From IMG/VR virus record IMGVR_UViG_2695420380_000016: 19,685 bases of DNA; one strand, 5' to 3'. This document shows positions 14,452 through 19,685 of the stretch, in pieces; position 1 is the stretch's first letter, and the number at the start of each line of letters is the position of its first letter. The stretch is from a virus. Its lineage: Duplodnaviria; Heunggongvirae; Uroviricota; Caudoviricetes. A program made the translations under genes and the position numbers. Under the pieces are notes generated by a model. It did not search any database. It was given only the letters and a program-made list of their open reading frames with translations, and had not been told where the DNA came from.

Positions 14452-17400
14452 TCACACGCTGCGCCTTCGAGAATATTCATTTAATCGCTGATAACGAACA
14501 TCTTGCTCCAGTTGTGGAGCAGCTTGAACAATTTGAAGCAAGCATTGCCCCAACTCTCGAGGCCCCCAGTGTTGTTCGGCAATCACGGCATTCAGCAGGG
14601 ATAGAGCGTCCGCAGGATATCGGCTGCAAATATCTGATTCTAGCAAAAGGCGAACGTCGTAGCTAAGGTGTTCGAGCGGTTGCAGCCAGTCCTGCACCAC
14701 TGCCAAAGCCGCCGGAAATTCACCTCGGGCAGCAATCACCATACGAGTCAACGATTCGGATATGCGTGGGGTGGCCAAGTTGCGGGACTTTGGCCAAACC
14801 TGTTGCCAAAATGGCTGGACACGATTTTTCCAATACTCCTCGCGCTGATCGCCCGCACCTTCAAGTGCCTGGTATAACGCCTGCGCGGCTACCTCCAGAC
14901 CTTCTTGTGGAAGAGCACTAATTGCCGTTCGGAACTCCTCCACGGTATATCCCTCGGTAGGGCCCAGAGCTGCATAAGTCAGGAAAGTAGCGAATTGCTG
15001 CCGGTGCTCGCCAAGATCAGAATAGTGATTGGCGCTCTCCAAAAAATCTGACTTGAAAGCTATCAGCAACGGTTCATACAGGCGTGGCGACCAGAGGAAG
15101 CCTTCCCACACAGCTTTTGCTTCGACGGGATTACTCCAAGCAAACAAGGGCAATAGATACTGTTCGGTCCAAGGTCGATCTACGCGAAAAAATGCGATCA
15201 GCCGCGACCCCAGCAACACCCGACCATGGCGGAATAGCTCTATCTGTACATTACACAATTTGGTGAAAAGTGTTTTCAATTCAACAGGAAGCAAATCATT
15301 GTCATTCGGGTTCTGTTTGAACCATAGGGTGATCAGTGATTGCGTGACATGCCCAATGGGATGATTGATCGCCGTAGAAACAGGATCATAGGTCTCAATT
15401 CCGTTTCGAATGGTGCTAGACTCTGGGCTTGTTTCTATCATCAGAACCCGACGACAAAGGGCCAGTAGAATCTCCTCGTGGCAGAGGATGGTCTTCGAAG
15501 CCTCCTCCATCCACCAAGTGACAGCGTGGGAAATCTCCTGAAGTACTGCGTCAGGCATGTCAAGCACCAACGGTGCGGCGTACCGCCACGAACGCAAAAT
15601 CATCCCTGGTTCAGCCCAAGTCTGCAGAGCTTCACGCCACCGACCAACAGGCCACACATCATCTTGTGATAGTTTACTTAACGCATACAGACTGTGAAAA
15701 AAGCGCGTACGGCAAACATCACTCCAAGTGTCCTCATAGAAAGGCAGTCTTTCTGGCATAGGCTTTGCGAGCCATTGCACTAATTCCTGCCACTTACGGG
15801 GCGCAATGTCGACATCTATACTCTCCTCGAAGCCTGGATCACCGGTTCCGCTCATCCAGTGAGAGAATTCATCACGCTCGTTGGTTGCCAGTTGCCATTT
15901 TGGGTATGCTGTGGATATTTCCGTCAAACGTGTAGCCGCAGACTCTCCCAAAACAAGGCCCGCTCCCCTGAGCTTCGCTAGACACAACCAGACGGAATGA
16001 GCCACCAAATAATGCCACCTGTCTGCTTCCAAATTATCCTCGTACATCTCGCGCGGAGGCCCTGCCAAGATAGCAGTTTCCAGACGCTCTTGTGCAATTC
16101 CTGTCAGATGTCGTCCCTGCAAAACAAACAGTCTGAATACCTCTCGCCTAGTATCCGTGGCCCACAACCACCATGAACCGTCCTCTAACAACCAATTAAC
16201 CCACCGCTCAGGTGGTATGCAGTTGTCTTGGCTTGCGGCAAACAGTGCCAGACGTTTGAAGGTGGGATATGGCAACTCAAACCAATTCTGAGCAATGCGC
16301 GTGGCCTGATCGCTGTCTTTGGATCGAACGGCTAACCATGAATCCCGAAGTAATTCAATCAGGCTCACCCAATCGCGGAACCCCCGGTTCTGCCAGTGCG
16401 GAGTGATGGACGGCAAATCCCAATGCGAGCGGTCGTGACGATCGTCGGACTCTCCCAACTCCCGCAACAAGTCCAGTGCATCACGCAACAACTGCTGAAA
16501 ATCTTCCAACAGGTATGGCAAGGACGATTTCCATGACTCGTCAGCAAGGTCGAACAGGGTTGAACGTACGTAATCAGCAGTCAGCACCAGCTCCCAATCC
16601 ACCAATTGCTTGATTCGCAAGGGTTCATCAGTGCTGCTCGAATCGTCTTCACTATAGCGAAACGGCCGCCTCAACATAACCTTGGGAGAAAGCAACTCGC
16701 GTAACTCCAAGCGCAATGTAGTCGTCAAGCCTTCATTCTTTAAGCGGTTTTGCCAACGATACAAATCCAGGTTCTGCAATGGCGATTTCACACGACCACT
16801 AAGCAGAAGCCGCCATAAAGTAGACATAGGTGGACCAGGAATAGCCAGGGGGGAATGCAAGAGAATTTCATCTAACTCAGAAGTCTTACGCTCCCGCATC
16901 AGTGCTGCTAAGCGATCTAGTTCGCTCTCAATCAGAAACATCCAACGGTCGTGTATTTGTCCGCCGCGTTCAGCAATCCATATGATCAACCTAGGGTCGC
17001 CCAGATAACGAACTAGCCAACGGGCTATATGGGACATTACGTCATCCCATTTGCTAGCACTGACACATCCAGAAACCAGCGACATCTGCGGGGCCAGCTC
17101 ATAGGGCGCAGGACGCTGAACCAGACTGAATCGGAGTTTCGGGTCAATTTCGACATGCGGAGATACACAAAAGCGTGGCAGATCGCTGTATTTAAATCGT
17201 TCGTCCGAGAAAGCTTTCAATAACCAATCCAGCGGCGGTGCAGGATTGAGTTCCGCAAAGCGTTTTGCTGGTAAACCTGATTTATCTGACAAGGCCCACA
17301 ACATCCGACCAACGAAATCGTCCTGACGAGTGCTGTCCTGCGGGCGGGCCAGAGCATGTTTGACGACTATAGCCTCTTTGCCCTGTATACCATCTCGATA

Positions 17401-18279
17401 AGTATCTGCCCAAGCGTGCAACGTTTGATGCAGCACTGAATGATCAGTGGAGCCCGCCGGTACGGTGTAAAGGATAGGAGTGACCCCTTTGGCCTCCCAC
17501 TCGATGGCTTTCCGGTGCTCCTGCCCCGGCTCACACTCCCCCAGTGCCCATACTTGTGGTGTGACTTCACCGAGCCTCCGATCTGCTGCAAGCGCATCCA
17601 TCATGTAGCGCAGTACCGGGTCGTTGATGCTGTAGCCAACGAAGCAGACCACATAGTTACGAAATAACTCACTCACAAAGCGAGCTGCCCAACGCTCAGT
17701 GAGATAAGCCAAGCCAAAGTCACCGCTGGTAACAACCAGACGATTCAGGGCAGTATCATCCGCCTTTTCCGGTAACAGCCCATGCAGGTATACAAGTCCA
17801 TCCCAGCGGCTGTTTTTTGGAATTGGCAGCATCGGCGCTACATAGGCCTGAAAAGCCTGGCCTGTACGTTTAGCTGCCACATGAAAGAGACGGTCAAAGT
17901 TGGTAGTGACCAATCGAAGGGCACCCTCGCGGCTACGGGCTAAACGTAACAGCGCCGCCTGAGTATCAATAGCGCCCCTACGACGGAGCTTTGGCTTAAG
18001 GGCTTTTTCCAACGCGCGTCGGACGGCTATACGCTGCCCTGGTAAGCGCCGTTCCAGCAAATCTAATGTGCCGTCAAATTGCCCACGCTCGAAAACCTCA
18101 CGCTCAATTTCTGAAAGTGTTGTTCCGTTCCTCTGGTAAATTAGTTCTACCAACCCTTTGAAACCAGGTAAACCAGCAGGGTAGGAAATGCCTGCTCCAC
18201 AGAAGAACACAACGCGCCCTTCCTCGTGCGCCTGCAAAAGCTCATCAGGAATATCAGGGCCGTTGGTAATGAATTGCAT
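14452..18279 (-). CDS. SIR2-like domain fused to a large helical C-terminal domain (1275 aa); candidate DSR-like antiphage NADase
   Basis: N-terminus carries SIR2_2-type motifs in order: VVFFCGAGISYPAGLPGFKGL (glycine-rich NAD loop), VTTNFDRLFH (catalytic Asn), VYLHGLL (catalytic His about 40 residues later), FVGYSINDPVL. The remaining 950 or so residues are helical and Trp/Leu-rich with no Walker A motif. Strong RBS GGAGGAAAAGGA before the ATG at 18279. Candidate -10 TATAAT on the minus strand at 18342-18347. Confidence 0.8.
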   Translation of the reverse strand: MQFITNGPDIPDELLQAHEEGRVVFFCGAGISYPAGLPGFKGLVELIYQRNGTTLSEIEREVFERGQFDGTLDLLERRLPGQRIAVRRALEKALKPKLRRRGAIDTQAALLRLARSREGALRLVTTNFDRLFHVAAKRTGQAFQAYVAPMLPIPKNSRWDGLVYLHGLLPEKADDTALNRLVVTSGDFGLAYLTERWAARFVSELFRNYVVCFVGYSINDPVLRYMMDALAADRRLGEVTPQVWALGECEPGQEHRKAIEWEAKGVTPILYTVPAGSTDHSVLHQTLHAWADTYRDGIQGKEAIVVKHALARPQDSTRQDDFVGRMLWALSDKSGLPAKRFAELNPAPPLDWLLKAFSDERFKYSDLPRFCVSPHVEIDPKLRFSLVQRPAPYELAPQMSLVSGCVSASKWDDVMSHIARWLVRYLGDPRLIIWIAERGGQIHDRWMFLIESELDRLAALMRERKTSELDEILLHSPLAIPGPPMSTLWRLLLSGRVKSPLQNLDLYRWQNRLKNEGLTTTLRLELRELLSPKVMLRRPFRYSEDDSSSTDEPLRIKQLVDWELVLTADYVRSTLFDLADESWKSSLPYLLEDFQQLLRDALDLLRELGESDDRHDRSHWDLPSITPHWQNRGFRDWVSLIELLRDSWLAVRSKDSDQATRIAQNWFELPYPTFKRLALFAASQDNCIPPERWVNWLLEDGSWWLWATDTRREVFRLFVLQGRHLTGIAQERLETAILAGPPREMYEDNLEADRWHYLVAHSVWLCLAKLRGAGLVLGESAATRLTEISTAYPKWQLATNERDEFSHWMSGTGDPGFEESIDVDIAPRKWQELVQWLAKPMPERLPFYEDTWSDVCRTRFFHSLYALSKLSQDDVWPVGRWREALQTWAEPGMILRSWRYAAPLVLDMPDAVLQEISHAVTWWMEEASKTILCHEEILLALCRRVLMIETSPESSTIRNGIETYDPVSTAINHPIGHVTQSLITLWFKQNPNDNDLLPVELKTLFTKLCNVQIELFRHGRVLLGSRLIAFFRVDRPWTEQYLLPLFAWSNPVEAKAVWEGFLWSPRLYEPLLIAFKSDFLESANHYSDLGEHRQQFATFLTYAALGPTEGYTVEEFRTAISALPQEGLEVAAQALYQALEGAGDQREEYWKNRVQPFWQQVWPKSRNLATPRISESLTRMVIAARGEFPAALAVVQDWLQPLEHLSYDVRLLLESDICSRYPADALSLLNAVIAEQHWGPRELGQCLLQIVQAAPQLEQDVRYQRLNEYSRRRSV

Positions 18280-18461
18280 TCCTTTTCCTCCTATCCAATG
18301 TGCACGTTCATTCGAGTAAATGAAGGCAAGGGGTTACATCTTATTATACCGACCGTGCAAATCCGGCTTCCTAGCAAGCTACTTTACTTGCCAACTCATA
18401 ATGTCCGAACTCCGAACAAAGCGGACTGCTAGATTTGATTGCGTTCTAGCTACGCAAAATA

Positions 18462-19685
18462 TCATTTCGAGCCTGAACGAGTACAAGTAACAATCGATTC
18501 AACTCTCTCCCACCATGCCTGGTAGGCTTTACGCTGTTCTTCTAGATAATCACTCTTGTCATAAACTTGCCATACACCTGGCAGTTTATGACCGAGCATT
18601 ATTTCAGCAATATGAGGCGCAGTAAGATCAGAAAAGTTTGTTCGTGCTGTTCGTCTCAAATCATGAAGAGACCAATGAGGAAATTGATACCCCAAACGCC
18701 GCCATGCGTACTGCATTAAATTGTAAGGCAGCGACTGCAATGATGTCCGACCAACTGGTTCCCTGCTTCCTTCCTTAGTAAAAAGCATATCGGAACCGTT
18801 GTTCATAGAGATAACGTATTTTATAAGCTCTTCAACCGGTTCAATAATGGGCCGCTTTAGCGGTTCGCCTGTTATATCCCCTGTCTTATGTCGTTCTGGT
18901 GGTACAGTCCATATTTTATTAATGAAATCAAAATCGTCCACCTTGGCAGTAATTAGCTCTGAACTACGGCAACCAAAATGCAGCAATAGTTTAATGAAGG
19001 CCCGGTATTTAGGAACCATTCGAGAACCATCGATCGCAGCATAAAGGATTTTAATTTCATCATGTGTCAGAAACCGTTTCTTCTGACCTTTACGGATATC
19101 CATATCTTTACCCGTGATATCCGACAGCGGGCGAGTTTCAATGAGCTTTCTCTTATACGCCCAGACATGGGCCTGCTTTGCGTTAATTAGCAATCGGTCT
19201 GCTATTGCTGGAGTCTTAGTGCTAAGAGGCTCCAGGACTTCTAACCAATCATGCAATGTAGCTGCATCGTGAGGGATATTCCCGATTTTAGAGAACAGGT
19301 GCAGCTCAAACGAGCGGAGTATCTGTTCAGAACCTTTTTTATTTTTTACACAATATGCTTCATACCAAGCACGGATCACAGATTCTACCGTCATGGCTTC
19401 AGTAGCTTTACGTTTTTCTGCCAGCTTGACCAATCGTGGATTGCGGTTTGACTCGAGTTCACCACGAAGACGGATAACTTCTTCTCTGGCCTCTTTTAGT
19501 CCAGTTGCCGGGTAAGTTCCGATATCAAGACGCTCACCTTTCCCCGCCCACTGATAACGATATTGGAACACTACGCGACCTTTCGGTGATACTCTAACAG
19601 ACAGACCATCACGATCGGATTTAACCAAAACCTTATCACGTTCCTTTCCAACAACTGAACGCAACCACGCATCAGACAGCGCCAT
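18462..19685 (-). CDS. tyrosine integrase, P4-like (DUF4102 arm-binding N-terminus plus catalytic domain)
   Basis: 407 aa. N-terminus MALSDAWLRSVVGKERDKVLVKSDRDGLSVRVSPKGRVVFQYRYQWAGKGERLDIGTYP fits the P4-family arm-binding pattern. C-terminus has catalytic-domain motifs (HDLRRTARTN..., GHKLPGVWQVYD with the Tyr). The ATG is the last three bases of the window, so upstream signals and att are outside. Confidence 0.85.
   Translation of the reverse strand: MALSDAWLRSVVGKERDKVLVKSDRDGLSVRVSPKGRVVFQYRYQWAGKGERLDIGTYPATGLKEAREEVIRLRGELESNRNPRLVKLAEKRKATEAMTVESVIRAWYEAYCVKNKKGSEQILRSFELHLFSKIGNIPHDAATLHDWLEVLEPLSTKTPAIADRLLINAKQAHVWAYKRKLIETRPLSDITGKDMDIRKGQKKRFLTHDEIKILYAAIDGSRMVPKYRAFIKLLLHFGCRSSELITAKVDDFDFINKIWTVPPERHKTGDITGEPLKRPIIEPVEELIKYVISMNNGSDMLFTKEGSREPVGRTSLQSLPYNLMQYAWRRLGYQFPHWSLHDLRRTARTNFSDLTAPHIAEIMLGHKLPGVWQVYDKSDYLEEQRKAYQAWWERVESIVTCTRSGSK

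Noticed and set aside
14452-18279. Whether the 1275-aa protein is a STAND/Avs-type NTPase
   Set aside because: No Walker A (GxxxxGK[ST]) motif found on reading the translation; the only recognisable catalytic signature is SIR2.
18226-18432. 68-aa plus-strand ORF
   Set aside because: Overlaps the start and promoter region of the SIR2 gene on the opposite strand; no RBS.
18799-19451. Plus-strand ORFs 18799..19044 and 19251..19451
   Set aside because: Antisense within the integrase gene.

Overview
This window reads as the immunity and early-gene half of a lambdoid prophage of the Qin/DicC type in an E. coli-like genome. It is bounded on the left by a truncated IS2 and on the right by a P4-type tyrosine integrase whose start codon is the last three bases of the window. 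All calls rest on reading the ORF translations and the DNA by eye against remembered protein families; no search was run. From left to right: IS2 (insC, partial insD); a small zinc-ribbon ORF; divergent cold-shock genes cspB and cspF; a Q-type antiterminator followed by a short promoter-terminator module; then a tightly coupled minus-strand early operon (DUF968, KilA-N, RusA, LexA-domain-only protein, Dam-type methyltransferase, 163-aa ORF, O-like initiator with internal iteron-like repeats, 112-aa ORF, CII-like, DicC/Cro-like). A CI-type S24 repressor is transcribed divergently, followed by an AT-rich opposite-strand 173-aa ORF with its own terminator, a structured GC-rich leader, and a plus-strand operon (sizes matching YfdP/Q/R/S, two DUF551 proteins, AlpA-type excisionase). 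The most interesting feature is a 1275-aa gene between the excisionase-like gene and the integrase: an N-terminal SIR2-like domain with the catalytic Asn and His motifs intact, fused to a roughly 950-residue helical, Trp-rich domain with no NTPase motif. That is the architecture of DSR-like single-protein NAD-depleting antiphage systems. Secondary candidates are the 173-aa moron next to cI and a possible DicF-like small RNA in the early-operon leader.
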